From: the human T2T-CHM13v2.0 reference genome, Homo sapiens
DNA: 64,000 nt
Assembly: GCF_009914755.1 (NCBI RefSeq)
Contig: NC_060925.1
Direction: 5' to 3' (one strand)
Shown here: piece after piece, positions 18,337 to 44,811 of the stretch
Layout of the letters: each line of letters opens with the position of its first letter
Position numbering within the stretch: position 1 is the first letter of the stretch
Notes under the pieces: generated by a model
Databases searched by the model: none
Seen by the model: the letters and a program-made list of their open reading frames with translations, nothing else
What the model was told of the DNA's origin: nothing
Made by a program: the position numbers and the translations under genes

Positions 18337-18969
18337 AATCCATTTCCAAAAGCTCACAGCATACCACAGTTCCCAATGACTGCATCTTTTTTGGCTTTTT
18401 CTTATCTAATGGGAACGGAATGAACTGGATCAGGGTTTCTCTAACAATGTTGGAGAGGAAGTCAGGTTTATTTAAAATTTAACTTCTTTTGGCTCTGTTA
18501 CCACTGGCCTTGGCTGAGCCATGGCTCGAGGGCATCCGAAAGCAATGAGATCCGGGCATGGTTTCCAGGAGAGTCCCTGGGAGCAAGTTCAGTGTCCCTG
18601 AACTTGTCATCATGAAAATTGCAGTGGCCTTGAGGGTTAATCACTGAAGTTAGCATGTAAAGCTGGGTCTGCATCTGTGTTGTTCCCTCTGTCTCTCCTG
18701 ATCCCACACAGCCAAGACACAGAGCAGGTGCGCAGTGTGGAATAAACAAAGGAAAGTGGGCGGAAAGATTTACAGTCACCTTGAGGAGACTGTTTGGCCT
18801 CATTGTAGAGACATTAACAGAGCCAAAGAAAGGGTGTGCAGCTTCTCAGGAGATTTGTTGCTATTATAGTGAGAAAGGTTTGGAAAAGATTATGAGCATG
18901 TTCAAAGTTACGATAATTAAAGCGTGTTAGCTCAGAAACTGAAGACAAAGAAGTAAAGTGGAATTGAAT

Positions 18970-20620
<1,651 letters not shown>

Positions 20621-20668
20621 TTTGAATAACAGGTATATTGTATATCTATAAGATATATTATTATATAG

Positions 20669-22032
<1,364 letters not shown>

Positions 22033-22476
22033 TCAGAGCCAAGAGAGCCAAAGGGGCCCTTGTGTTGCCCAGGGCTCACTGGGGCATAGTAAACATGCCC
22101 TAAATACAGTGCAGTCCCACCCTTAACAGTAAAGCTACCCTATCCAGCAGCCCTTTCGCAGAGTGCGGGAATAGCAGCCTCCCCTTCCCACCCCATACTG
22201 TGAGCTTCCCTAGGGCAGACACCAGGGCTAACTGTTGTCTGTATTCCTAGCAGCCAGCACAGATAATATTACTCGAACTAATTTATTAACACAAACACAG
22301 ACTAACACAACTCGCCCACCAGGCAGATGGCGAAGCCTGGCTATAAAACTGGCACAAGGAAGAGAGAAAATTGATTAGCAATGAGTCATGAATGGCAGGA
22401 AAGCATGAAGGAGAAAAGGCAGATACACGAAGTCTGTCTACCAGCTGGTCCTTTTTTAAAAAGGGAGGAGGCAGAC

Positions 22477-22494
22477 AGTGCCCCCTACAGGGCT
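22477..22494 (-). promoter_or_regulatory. Candidate CTCF site in a repeat-free segment
   Basis: Minus strand AGCCCTGTAGGGGGCACT; an AP-1 site TGAGTCA lies nearby at 22382-22388. Confidence 0.5.
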
Positions 22495-22915
22495 AATGGA
22501 AATGGCATCTGCCCTTTTTAGGAAGAAGGGCAGAGGTAGGTAGGGTTGGAGGGGTGGGGAGGTGGGTGCGGGCTATGCTGTATTCTATCCTGCAATGCCA
22601 GTGAGTGAGACTGTAGATCATGTTGCCACTAATGACATCTGGTGGAAACGGCATTTGTGGTGGAGATAACTTAATAACATAGCATGTGCGGCACTGTGCT
22701 ACAGCCCACAAGAAATGGAAAGAATGGCAAGAAGTACTTGTTTGTCCCTGTGTCCCCAGCACCAGGGGCCTGGCACAGAGCAGGGGCTCACTAGAAGCTT
22801 GAGAAGGAAGGAAGCCAGGGAGTGAGGTAAGGAGGGAGGGCAAAGGGAGGAGATAGGGAAAATGACGCAAGGACCAAGGAGCTCTTTCCTTTAATTTATT
22901 TTATTTTATTTTTTC

Positions 22916-22947
<32 letters not shown>

Positions 22948-23120
22948 GAGACAGGGTATTGCTCTGTCACCTAGGCTGGAGTGTACCAGTGCAATCACGG
23001 CTCATAGCAGCCTCTACCTCCTGGGTTCAAGCTATCCTCCTGCCCCAGCCTCCCAAGTAGCTAGAACTACAGGTGTGTGCTGCCACACCCAGCTAATTTT
23101 TAAAAAATATTTTGTAGAAC

Positions 23121-23842
<722 letters not shown>

Positions 23843-25301
23843 TCTTTTGTAGAAACAGGGTCTCACTATGTTGCTCAGGCTGGTCTTCAACTCCTGAGCT
23901 CAAGCAATCCTCTCGTCTTGGTCTCCCAAAGTGCTGGAATTACAGGCGTGAGCCACTGTGCCTGGCTGAGGAAGGTCTTTTCTAGTTTTATGACATGAGG
24001 GGATCCTTTGAGGGGGTTCCTGGAAGGCTGCCTCGACTTCACTGCCCCTCCTTGGGCTTCCACGTTCTTATCTGTATATTGAGTATGGCAGGGGGAGAGA
24101 TAAAAGGCTGGACTAGCTTAGTGATTCTCACCCGGAGTCCCAGAACCCTAGGGAACTCTCAAGATAGAATGGGTACCATGAGCTATATTAGGACTTCTAA
24201 ATGCATAACAAGAATGCGTAAGCATTTGCTCAGGATGAAACTGTATGTGCTGATGGGCCAGGTATCTTTCTTTCAGGCTGGAACTCCATCACTCCCAAGG
24301 AACAGGGAAACGTTTGAATCAAGTCCACTCTACAGGAAGATAGGCCAGGGTTAGACCACAGTCAGTGATGTGCCTTTGAGCAAGTGACTGAGTCTCTTTT
24401 GGGTGTCAGTTTCCTCCTAAGTAAAATGGGAGTGATAAGACCCCACTCAGAGGTTTCTAGTGGCGATTGAATGAGCTAGCACATGTAAAGCACTTGGCAC
24501 GTAGGCTGGCCCAGAGTCAGCCCTCTGCAAATGGTAGTTGCTATAATGATTAATGCAGAATAGGGAGTCTGAACATCTCATGCTAATCAAAAACTCTGAT
24601 AGGAGCTATATATATATAGATAGATAGATTCATAATAGTAGGAAATAAATGAAGATTAATTATTTAAGGCAGCTTGTTTGGAAGACGATGTCTTTTTTCA
24701 AATAGGGATGGAGTCTCCCTTTGTTGCCCAGGCTGCAGCCTCGACCTCCTGAGCTCAAGCAATCCTCCCACCTCACCTGAGTATCTGGAGTACAGGTGCA
24801 AGCCACCACGCCCAGCTAATTTTTTTTTTAATTTTTGTTTTTTATAGAGACAGGGTCTCACTAGATTGCCCAGGATAACAACGTCTTTTAAAACATGAAA
24901 CCTCTTGGATAGGAGAGTATTTAAGGTCAACTAAAAACAATAAAAAAAAAATTTAAAGAGAAGAAAACATGAGACCATACTTAGAAGTCACAAGAGCGAA
25001 CTTCGTGGGACAAAGGCTGAGCCCTTGTGTCAGGTCCCTTCGAGCTGGAGTTCAATAAGAGACTAAGCTCTCCTACTTCTGGGTCTTGGCACAGTTCTCT
25101 CTTTTTGAACTGACTGATTAACTGATTGAGACAGGATCTCACTCTGTTAGCCCAGGTTGGAGTGCAGTGGCGAGAATATGATTCACTGTAGCCTCAACTT
25201 CCTGAGCTCAAGCAATCCTCCCAACTTAGCCTCCAGAGTAGCTGGGACCACAGGCGCCAGCCACCATGCCAGGCTAATTAAAAAAAAAATTTGTTTTTTA
25301 A

Positions 25302-25469
<168 letters not shown>

Positions 25470-25589
25470 TAGACACTGCCTCCAGGAAGCCTTCTATGCT
25501 TGGCCCTTGGCTCCCTTGAGTCAGTGCCTTTCCGCAGCTTGCTGGATCAGTCCTTTGAAGGAACTTGCTATAGTGTGCAGTGTTTTCTT

Positions 25590-25780
25590 AGACCAGCAAC
25601 TCTCACCCTTGACACCATCAGAATCACCAGAGGGGCTTGTTAGAACAGAGATTGCTGGCCACGGGCCCCAGAGTGTCTGATTCAGCAGGTCTGCAGTGGG
25701 TCCCGAGAATCTGTGCGTCTGCTCATTCACAGGAGATGCCAGGCCTCCTGACCCGGGGAACACACTTTGAGAACCGCTGG
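25590..25780. mobile_element. MER5A (hAT-Charlie MITE)
   Basis: catcagaatcacc...cagagattgctgg...tctgattcagcaggtctg...cacactttgagaaccgctg. Confidence 0.8.
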
Positions 25781-26040
25781 CTTAGACCACATGGTCTAGG
25801 ACAGCAGGGATCTTGCCTATTTGTTCCCCCACTGCACCTCCAGCAGCACCTCACAGTCTCAGCCATTACATGGAAAGACAAAGTCAAATAACAAGACGTA
25901 ATGTAGAAGATTTCCCAAGGCCTGTGTGCTGAGCACACAGGTCGGGCCCCGGCTGGAGGTGCGAACTGTCTCCGAGAGCGCCAGGTGAGTGCCCAGCGGG
26001 AGCAGAACGGGAATGGCAGGAGGCCCGTGCTCTGGGTCAG

Positions 26041-26057
26041 AGCGCCCTCTGGTGCCA
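26041..26057 (-). promoter_or_regulatory. Candidate CTCF site
   Basis: Minus strand TGGCACCAGAGGGCGCT closely matches the CTCF core CCACCAGRGGGCGC, in a locally CpG-retaining patch. Confidence 0.6.
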
Positions 26058-26708
26058 ACATCTCAGCTCTGCACCTGGAGCTGAAATTAGGTGACATCAA
26101 GGCAGACCCCAACCGACCTCCCAGCCCCTGGTTTTCCCCTCTCAGCCTCGTCCATGTCACCACCAGGAGTAACTTGCTAAAATCCAGCTCTGACCCTACT
26201 CGCCTTTGCCCTTCTCCCAGCTTAAGCCCCGCACTTGGCTCTCCACTGCCTTCTGGACAAACCTCAGCATTCAAGGTCCTTGGCTGTCCTCTGGTGACTC
26301 TGTTGCTTTCTGTCCTTCAGTATCCTGTGGCTCTCCTCAGGCACTCTTTAATTTGTCCACACCAGGCAGGTCATGGACTTTATGCCTTCTTACAAGCTAT
26401 TCCTAACAGGACTGCAACCCCACCTTCTCCTCCAGAGAAACTGATCCTTTTTAATGTCAAATGTGGCCTCTTCTGTGAAGCCTTCCTGGATTCTCCCAGG
26501 CAGAAGCGATTGTTTCTTCCATTGTGTCTGTATAGCCTAGTGCACAGGCCACTGCGGAGTGGGGTCTGGGTCCTCCTTGAGACCATGAGCTCCTTCGGGC
26601 TCCTGACTCAGCTTTGGTGTATCAATAAATGCTGGAATCTACAAAGCTGTTTTCCCTCTTCAAAGCTAAAACCCACTGTCTACTACCTAAGTCTGCATAG
26701 ATCCTTAG

Positions 26709-27472
<764 letters not shown>

Positions 27473-29262
27473 TGACAATAAACAAAATACTGTGTATTAA
27501 ATACTGTTAAGCCAAGCTGTGCTAAATTGCATAGAGAAATTAAGCAGGGTAAAGGATAGAAGTTGATGGAGTGGTTCTATTTCAGGCAGTGTGGTTAAGA
27601 AAATACTCACTGATGGCCGGGCGCAGTGGCTCACACCTGTTATCCCAGCACTCTGGGAGGCCGACGCGGGTGGATCATGAGGTCAAGAGTTCGAGACCAG
27701 CCTGGGCAACATGGTGAAACCCTTTCTCTACTAAAAATACACAAATAAGCTGGGCATGGTGGCACACACCTGTAATCCCAGCTACTCAGGAGGCTGAGGC
27801 AGGAGAATCACATGAATCCCGGAGGTGGAGGTTGCAGTGAACCAAGATAGGGTCACTGCAATCTAGCCTGGGCGACAAATCGAGACTCGTCTAAAAAAAA
27901 AAAGGAAAAAAGAAAATACTCACTGATAAGGTGGCATTTGAGCAAAGACACAAACAAAGTGCAGATGTGAACCGTGCATGTGTCTGGGGGGAGGTATTCC
28001 TGCAGCGTGCAAAGTCCCTGTGATAGGAACGTGCTTAGCATGCTCTAGAAACTGCAAGTTGGCTGGTGTTTTAGGTCAGGCGATCTGGAAGCAGACTCTG
28101 AGAGGATTCCTGTATAAGTGATTGATTAGTGCTCCCTTAGGGGTAGGGTGGGGAATAACCAGCAAGGGTGTAGGGGAAGCAGGGCAGGGAAGAGGAGGAA
28201 GCCAAGCAAGCGTGTGATTTCATGCGAAATCCGGAGGAAGGTAGTCTCACCCTGATCCCACGGGGGTGGGGCGGGGTGGGGTAAGGTAGAGTCGGGTAGG
28301 AAGGGGAGCTCTGGCATATAAGTTACACCTCAGTGTTTGTTCCAACCTAAGGCAAGGTTGCTGAGACTTTCAAACTCTCCTCCCATTAACATCTGGCTAG
28401 GGTCATCCCAGGGAGCTTTTTCAAGTAAATTCTCAGGCACTTCCTCTGGGCAAAGTGGGCTCCAGTAGCGCCCTATCCAAAGAGCCATAGGTACTAGGTA
28501 CTAGGTGTTGGGTACTAAGTACTAAATGTTAAGAGAAAAAGCTTAGCAAAGTTGGGGGCACACACAACATGAAGGAAAAGGGGATCTTAAAAGGATCTGG
28601 GTAAAATGCTAACAGTACCTGTGAAAGTCAGTGAGGTAGAAGAACAGAAGTCAGAGTAGAATCGTAAGAGAAGAGATAGTCAGCTGAGGCCGGATCAGGT
28701 AAACCAATATCTGATTTCACTCAAATAGGCAATGTGCTGAGCTAAAAAATCCACAGCTCTCCTTGCATCTAGGGGCGGCCAGTTCCACATACTCAAATGT
28801 CGATAAAAGTCAGCTGGAGGCACCTAAGAAAGCATTCATTTCCTGATAGAGGCACCACATTTTCTTCCTTGCCACTCCCTTCTTTTTGCCTGGAATGTGA
28901 ACCCGAGGCTGGGGGTAAAGCAGTCATCTTGTAACCATGAGGTCACAGTGAGGCAAATGTGAGAGTAAAAGCTTTGTACTAAGCATGGTGGAGGGGCCTG
29001 AGACCCTGGTGATGTTGCAGAGAGGCTGCACTAGCCTGGGACGCCTGTCTCTAGACTTAATATCTTTTTTTGAAAGTTAACAAATCCCTATTCGATGAAG
29101 TCTGGCTTTCTGTTACATGCCAGTGGGCATCATCCCTAACCAATACTTCCTCCAAAGAGTTATAGATCTACACAGCCTCCTACATTCTGTGAGAGCACTT
29201 GTTCCCACTCAAATGCGCTGGACGTTATAAAGCTTTTTCCAGTTTGCCAATCTTCCACGTGA

Positions 29263-29598
<336 letters not shown>

Positions 29599-30280
29599 TG
29601 AATATGAGTTATGAGTGAGGTTGAGTATTTTTATATGTTTTTTGTGCATTTGTGTTTACGTGAAACTACATGTTTCTGTGCCTTGCCCACTTCCATTTGA
29701 AGGCCAAAAAAAAAAAAAAAAAATCACAGCGGGCACTGGCATCTTAAGGGTTCTGAGAATTCCTGCAGCATGCAATGTGCATTTTAACTTTAGCATGGAA
29801 TTCTCCAAAATTATTTGACCACATAACATATTTTGTCTTGGAAACCCTATTTCTATTAGTTAGGACTGAGCTTTCTAACTGGCATGCCATAAATGAGCCA
29901 CAAGCATGTTGACCTATTCAACTACTCAAAATTTGACAAGAGCCAAAACATATTTGAACACTGTTAGATAGCTTCCTCTATGAACTTCCTGAATTAGGTA
30001 ATAATTATTTTGGTGGTTAAGATTTTATTCAAAGCACTTGCCGCCAGAAAGACTTTGTCATGGCCACATTGTCCCACACTCCACAGAATAGTCTGACTAT
30101 GATCCTAGTCATGATTTGTTTATCTGTTTATCAGCTGCAACTGATAAATTCTTCTTTATTTTGCAAGTACATATAAAATATTGGCTTTTCTTTAACTTAA
30201 TAATTTTCTCTTATTTTTCTAACATAAAAGTATGGATATTATTATTTAATGTTATGTGTTTCCCTATAGAAAATGAGTTA

Positions 30281-31666
<1,386 letters not shown>

Positions 31667-32299
31667 GGTTTCTAAAGTTAACATATACCTACTCTGACCC
31701 AATGTTTCCAGTTCTAACTATTCATTCAATAGCAACAGGTGCATATGCCCACAAAAAGACATGTGCAAGCATGTGTGTAGCAGCTTTATTCATTACAGCC
31801 CCAAACTAGAAACAGCTCAAATGTTCAACAGGTGAATGAATAAAGAAATTGTGGTATATCCATACAATGGAATACTATTTAACAATAAAAAGAAATAAAC
31901 TTTAGCCATAAGCAACAACAAAGATGGATTTCTCCAACATGATACTGAGAGAAAAAAGCCAAAAAAAAAAGAGTATGTACTATATGATTCCATTGGTGCA
32001 AAGTCCTAGAACAGGCAAATCCAACCCACAGTGATAAAAGCCAGATTAGTGGTTATGAGTGAAGAAGTTAAGTCACCTTGCGGAAGGATTGAAATTGTCT
32101 CTATTTGAATCTGATACTTTTTTTTTTAGCCAAAAAAAAAAAAAAAATCTATAACATAGAGATGTGGTCTTGCTATGTTGCCTAGGCTGGTTTCAAACTC
32201 CTGGCCTCAAGCAATCCTCCTGCCTCGGCCTCACAAAGTGTTGGGATTGCAGGTGTGAGCTGCTGCGCCTGGCCTAAATGAGCATTTTGAATAGACTAA

Positions 32300-32563
<264 letters not shown>

Positions 32564-32595
32564 TGACTAATTTTTGTATTTTAGTAGATACCGGG

Positions 32596-33038
32596 TGTCA
32601 GGCCTCTGAGCCCAAGCTAAGCCATCATATCCCCTGTGACCTGCACGTATACATCCAGATGGCCTGAAGCAACTGAGGAACCACAAAAGATGACATTCCA
32701 CCATTGTGATCTGTTCCTGCCCCACCCTAACTGATCGATTGACTTTATGACAACACATCCTCCTAATGCACTTTGTGATATTCCTCCGCCCTTAAGAAGG
32801 TACTTTGTAATATTCTCCCCGCCCTTGAGAATATACTTTGTGAGATCCACCCCCTGACCACAAAAAATTGCTCCTAACTCCACTGCCTATCCCAAACTTA
32901 TAAGAACTAATGATAATCCCACCACTCTTTGCTGACTCTTTTTTCAGACTCAGTCTGCCTGCACCCAGGTGAAATAAACAGCCCTGTTGCTCACACAAAG
33001 CCTGTTGGTGGACTGTCTTCACACAGACGCGCGTGACA
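32596..33038 (+). mobile_element. Solo LTR7-family (HERV-H; LTR7C-like) LTR inserted in an Alu
   Basis: Starts TGTCAGGCCTCTGAGCCCAAGCTAAGCCATCATATCCCC and ends ...GCGTGACA; U3 tandem repeats; AATAAA at ~32973; cggg duplicated on both flanks; splits a minus-strand Alu (32409-32595 / 33039-33150). Confidence 0.9.
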
Positions 33039-33686
33039 CGGGTTTTCACCATGTTGGCCAGGCTGGTCTCAAACTCCTGACCTCAGATGATCTGCCCGCC
33101 TTGGCCTCCCAAAGTGCTGGTATTACAGGCGTGAGCCACTGCGCCCAGCCGCAATACATTCTTTTTTTAAAAAATTTAACCAGAAGCCCAAACCTCACCA
33201 CACATTCTTTTATTCACAGACATGCTATTGAATATAAAGGTTTCCTTAAAGATCTGAAATCCACAATAGATGATGTGATCAAAAATGGTGAATTAAATCC
33301 AAGCCTCTCAGCCCTGTATGTTTTCAACCTTGTGTGAAGAAATAAGACGATAAAAATTATTCTCTGCTGTTTCATACAGAAATGGGATGATCCTCCAAAG
33401 GAACAGTTTTGTCTAGAGTGTATGAGTTTAAGAAATAATAATTTAAAAATAAGGAGTTATGAGCTTAAAAAATAATAAAAATAAAATCAAAAAATTGTGA
33501 GTCACTCTCACTTTGCAGTATTTTTTTGTTTGTTTTGAGACAGCGTCTTGCTCTGTTACCCTAGGCTGGGTGAAAGTAGTATGATCATGGCTTACTGTAG
33601 CCTTGACCTACCAGGCTGAATTGATCCTTCTACTTCAGCCTCTGGAGTAGCTGGCACTACAGGTGCATACCACCATGCCAGGCTAA

Positions 33687-33833
<147 letters not shown>

Positions 33834-33933
33834 TGAAAGATAGTAATTGGCTTCAAAATCTGACGTACTTAATTGACATTTTTGACGCTCTGAATGATCC
33901 TAATCAAAAGTTTAAAATCATATGAAAGTCTAT

Positions 33934-35107
<1,174 letters not shown>

Positions 35108-35378
35108 ATATTAATATGTGCCAACAGCATTTATGGATTTAAAGAATAAAATTCACCTTTGCAAAAGTGAAATTACAAATGGTTTACCAGTGAACCAAGC
35201 TGAAGTTATTATTTGAATCCTAAATAAAAAATTATTAAGGCTACTAGAGCAATATCTGCATATGGTTGAAAAAAAATTCATCATGATTTGAAAATACTTG
35301 ACATGGAAAAAATGCTATTGTATTCTAAAGCCCTTTACATTATTACAAGAAACTTTGACAATACATCTTGTTGCTCTC

Positions 35379-37960
<2,582 letters not shown>

Positions 37961-40367
37961 TCACAATACAACTGTTAAGTAGTCCCGGGATGAGGGCGTG
38001 TCTCTGTAGCTCATCACTAGAATGCATCCGCCCAGCAGAAGGCAAAAGAAACCATCATCTATCTAGTTTTAAGTACTTTTATTGTTGCATTTGACATGTA
38101 TTGTTATTTCCCAGTTCCCAGACTAGAGGCTCTGGGGTCAGGTAGCATCTGTCATTAGACAGCTGAAAACAGCAGCAGTTTTGGAGACAGACAGATAGAT
38201 GGAGGTTCAAACCCCATCTCTGCTGATTATAAGCTGGGGATTTGGGAAGGTGTTTATCCTTCCTAAGCCTCAGTTTCCTCATCCATGAAATGGAGAGGAG
38301 AGAAACAACCTTAAAGGGCTGTCAGGAGAATTAAACGATGGGCATAGGTAAAGCATCCAGGACTGCATCTGGCATACGGCATGTGCTCAAGGGAGCTGAG
38401 GCTTAATCTGTCTCCTGGGTGCCTGGCACAGAGTCTGGAACAGGTGGGCCTGCATTTGGGTTGGTGGAGATGAACAGAAGTGAATTGGGCTCAGGGAGGG
38501 ATGTTAATTCCCTAGCTCATCAGGCCTGTCCTGTGGGAACAGCAGGCTCTGGCAGCCACAGAAAGCCAGAGGTGAAGATTTCAGGAATGGAATTGGACAG
38601 GGTGATGTGCCCTGGAGGACTGAGGACATGGGCAAGGAGACGACAGCCTCCGCCACACCAGCTAATTTAACTTACGTTTTGGGAGAGAAATCTCTGGCTA
38701 GACCCTAAATGGAATCTGGGATGGGGAGGGACTGTTATCAGAAGTGGGCTGTGGCAAGCAGAAAAGAGTGATTGTCCTCTAGGCCTGAGGTGGGGTCAGG
38801 CTGCAGTGGACTTCTACCTGTCTCGGCAAATCTATTCTCCATTCCTCCCACACCGATAGACTCGACCTCGGGAGGTGATCGCCCTGCTAGGGACTACATT
38901 TCATGGCCTCCCTGCGGCTAAGATGTGGCCCTCTGCCTAAATGTGACAGAAGGGGAGTGGAAAACTTCTCCGTTACTTGCTTCAGAGGAAATTGTCCTTC
39001 CTCTGCTTCCTTTCTCTCCTCATTCCTGCGGAGATGTAAACGCAGACATGGCAGGAGCCCAGCCTTTGACCACGCGGATGAGGACAGCGCCCTGAGGGAA
39101 GGCACAAGGGGCGGCAGTTTCTCTTCTGCCTGGAAGAAAGACCTAGGTGAGGGCTGCGGCAGCCCCTGAGAGTGAGCAGTAGCAAGGCTTGGTCTATCAC
39201 TGGCTGTGGGTGCGGGACTCTGCCAACCAGAATGGGAAGCCCAGAAGCTGCCAGAGAAAGAAAGGCAAGTAGCAGATCTACAACCTGGAAGGATTGGAAA
39301 TTTAACATGACAGTTACAAGTGGAAACGTGGATGGTGTTTTAGTTGGGATATGCATTCAGCCGAAAAAACAGAGACCCAGACTTGCAGTAGCTTAAGCAA
39401 GGTAGAAATTATTTCTCTCTTGCCCAAGTGTCCACGCGTGAGCAGAGTCTGGGTCTGGTATGGTTGCTCCTTGGTGGCAGGGCCTGAGCTGCTTCTGTCT
39501 TGTTGCTTGTGTTGGTCCAAGTTTTATTTTCCACTTGGTTAAGCAGGAACTATATTTGTCAGAAGCTCCCTCCCTATGTAGTGGGATCTGGCCCACAGAG
39601 GAACTGGGATGAGAATGGGGAGGTGGAAGTGAAGGAACGGCCATTGTTTCCTGAAGGGGAGATTTGGTGACAGACAGATGCAGAGGTGTTTGGTGGGCTC
39701 CAGCTTGTCCTTACTTTCCTCTGCCCCACATTCAGCACCTCTTTCCCAATTCTGGGCCTGCTGACCACAGTGGCCCCAGGCCTGCCACCAGAGGCTTGGA
39801 CTCACTCAAGAGGTAGCTACATAGGGGCTACAGTTTCCCAAAGACCTCTCCACAAGCTCCCCCTTTCAGTGGCTGAACGTACCTGGCTTCTTAGATTTCC
39901 CAGCAAGCTCCAATGTATCCACCATGATAGTTCTTCAGGATTGTGACTCACCCCATCTTTGATCCCCTATTTCCCCACTCCAGACCATAATCTCCTCAGC
40001 TGCGCAAAGTCTAATTCCTGTTATCAATCCTTCATCCCAGCCGTGTAAATCAAAGTGATCCTCAGTTTTCTCCACTGCTGGCTGGGGTTTTGGCTATTTA
40101 TTTATTGAGTCTACTCAGTCTTCATTCATTCATCTAATTTCTTGCTTCCAGAAGTTTTACTCCTGTCACTTTTCCTGTTCTCCCTGCCTTTAGAGATCTA
40201 TGTTTTTTTCAAACATTGCTATAGTTTTAGTGAGGTTTCAGAGGGGAGGGAAATTCAATGTTTGTTCAGTCTACCATCTTAACCCAGAAGTCTTCTCAAC
40301 ACTCTGTCTTCCTTCGTATGCAATAGGCTGTTTGCTGTTGTTGGTTTTCTTTTAACTTTTTAAATTA

Positions 40368-40703
<336 letters not shown>

Positions 40704-41527
40704 TCAGAGCCTTGCTCTGTTGCCCAGCCTATAGTGCTGTGGTGCCATCACAGCTCACTGTAACTACAAACTCTTGGGCTCAAGCCATCCTTCTGCCTCA
40801 GCTTCCCAAGTACCCGAGACTACAGGACTACAGGCATGCACCACCATGCCTGGCTAATTTTTAGTGTTTTTGCAGAGACAGAGTCTTGCTATGTTGCCCA
40901 GGCTAGTCTTGAATTCCAGGCCTCAAGTGATCCTCTTACCTCAGCCTCCCAAAGTACTCGGATTACAAGTGAGAGTCACCAGGCCCAGTCTGTTTGCAGT
41001 TTCCTAAACAGACTGAGCCTCCTGCCTCTGTGACTCAGCACATGATCACCCCTCCCTCTATTGTACCCCCCAAACCCCTACCCTGCCAGCCTGGCCTCCC
41101 TTCTTCCCTATATTGATGCCTGCCGATCCTTAGAGACAGTTCTCTGGGAAGCTTTTTCTGGTGCTGTGGGTGTGTTAGGTGCCCTTCCTATGAGTCCTAA
41201 AGCACCCCACCACTTTCCCCCACTACTGTACTGCTCCTTTCTCAGTACTGTAATTGTCTTTGTAACCCTGGTGTCTGCAACAATGCCTGGAATATGAGCA
41301 ATGCCAATAAATATTTGGTAAATGAATCAACGAAAAAGATACCCGTTCTGCAGACTCCTTTGCTTTGTTTGCATAATGAGAATCAGAGGAAGATAATGTT
41401 TACCTAAAAAGGAAGAGGATCTGGCATGCAGGAGGGAGAGAGGAAACATGTACAACTTAAAGGAGCCAAGTAAAATGTTGTGAATTTTACTATTCTTAAA
41501 TGATTCTCAGCTGGGCGCAGTGACTCA

Positions 41528-41872
<345 letters not shown>

Positions 41873-42401
41873 CTATGGTATTCAAGGTCAAGGTAGTGTT
41901 TATGCTTGGGGAAGTGGTAATTGGAAGGGGAACTAGTAGGAGCATCTGGGTGTGGGCAATGTTCTGTTTCTTGGCCTGGGTACTGGTTCCATGAGTGTGG
42001 CTAAATACATAAAGATTCATCATGTTGTACACTTATGATTTTACACTTTTTGTATTTCTGTTATACTTCAAAAAAAGTTTACAAAATATAAAATTTTTTA
42101 AACGGCAAAACTACAGCATAAACCATTCCTAAACATCTTTCTCCAGAACACATCATCTCCATCACATCATGCTTGTCAGTCTTTCCAGGTCTTTAAATCT
42201 CCAAACAGATGGGTGGGGTTTTTTTCATATCCTCTTGAGTTCAGATTAAATATATATTGAATGCAATTATTTTAAAAGGTTGGGTCATTTAAAAAACTCT
42301 CATTATGGGCTGGGCACAGTGGCTCACGCCTGTAATCCCAGCACTTTGGGAGGCTGAGGCGGGCGGATCACGAGGTCAGGAGATTGAGACCATCCTGGCT
42401 A

Positions 42402-42666
<265 letters not shown>

Positions 42667-42914
42667 TCAAGGTGCTAATTATATAAACGTGGGAGTTGTT
42701 GGATACCCTATGAGTCCATATTTTCTCACAGATTTAAAAGGTGTTTTTCACATGATCATCGTACTCATGACAGGGGCATGAGTTGTTGCTCTTGGAGGCA
42801 GCAATATCTCTTAGATAGATCTTGGATACAGATATCTGGAGACCCAGAATTATAACTATTGAGTTTTAAAAATGTATTGTGGCTGGCCCTAGATTTTGAA
42901 ATTATAACTATTGA

Positions 42915-43393
<479 letters not shown>

Positions 43394-43670
43394 CGGCTTA
43401 TGGAAGTTTTATGGAGGCTTTACCACCCCTTCTTGGGGCTACTGAAGCTGAAAAGGGGCAGTTCTTTCTTTTGATCTAGAAAGTGGCAAGTGCAGATCAT
43501 CTCAATAAGATGTTTTAAATCTTGCGGCAAAGGAATAAAGAGACGGTTCTGGGCCGGGTGTAGTGGCTCATGCCTGTAATCCCAGCACTTTGGGAGGCCG
43601 AGGCGGGCGGATCACAAAGTCAGGAGATCGAGATCATCCTGGCCAACATGGTGAAACCCTGTGTCTACTA

Positions 43671-43984
<314 letters not shown>

Positions 43985-44352
43985 CTAAAAAGTATTCATT
44001 TCCTTATTCTTTCTTTTCTTTTCTTCTCTCTTTTCTCTCTCTCCTTCTTTCTTTCTTTTTTTTGTCTTGCTCTATCACCCAGGCTGGAGTGCAGTAGTGT
44101 GATCATGGCTCACTACAGCGCTCAAGTGATCCCCCACCTCAGTCTCCCGAGTAGCTGGGACTACAGGCACTTGCCACCAGTCCTGGCTAATCTTTTTTAA
44201 AATGTTTTTGAAGAAATGAGGTCTCACTATGTTGTCCAGGCTGGTCTCAAACTCCTGGGCTCAAGCAATCCTCCTACTTAGGTCTCTCAAAGTGCTGGGA
44301 TTACAGGCACTGTAAATGTGCCTAGCCCATTTATTTTCAGTAAGTCTCATAG

Positions 44353-44811
<459 letters not shown>

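Noticed and set aside
18095-18385. ORFs with LLCFA and SFFL repeats
   Set aside because: Translation of the compound microsatellite.
28488-28526. Short taggtac-type 7-mer repeats
   Set aside because: A few degenerate units within an old LTR-like relic; no evidence of function.
38790-40045. Old ERVL/MaLR-like LTR fragments with residual CpGs
   Set aside because: Probably real relics, but family and boundaries could not be assigned reliably by eye, so they are not listed as features.
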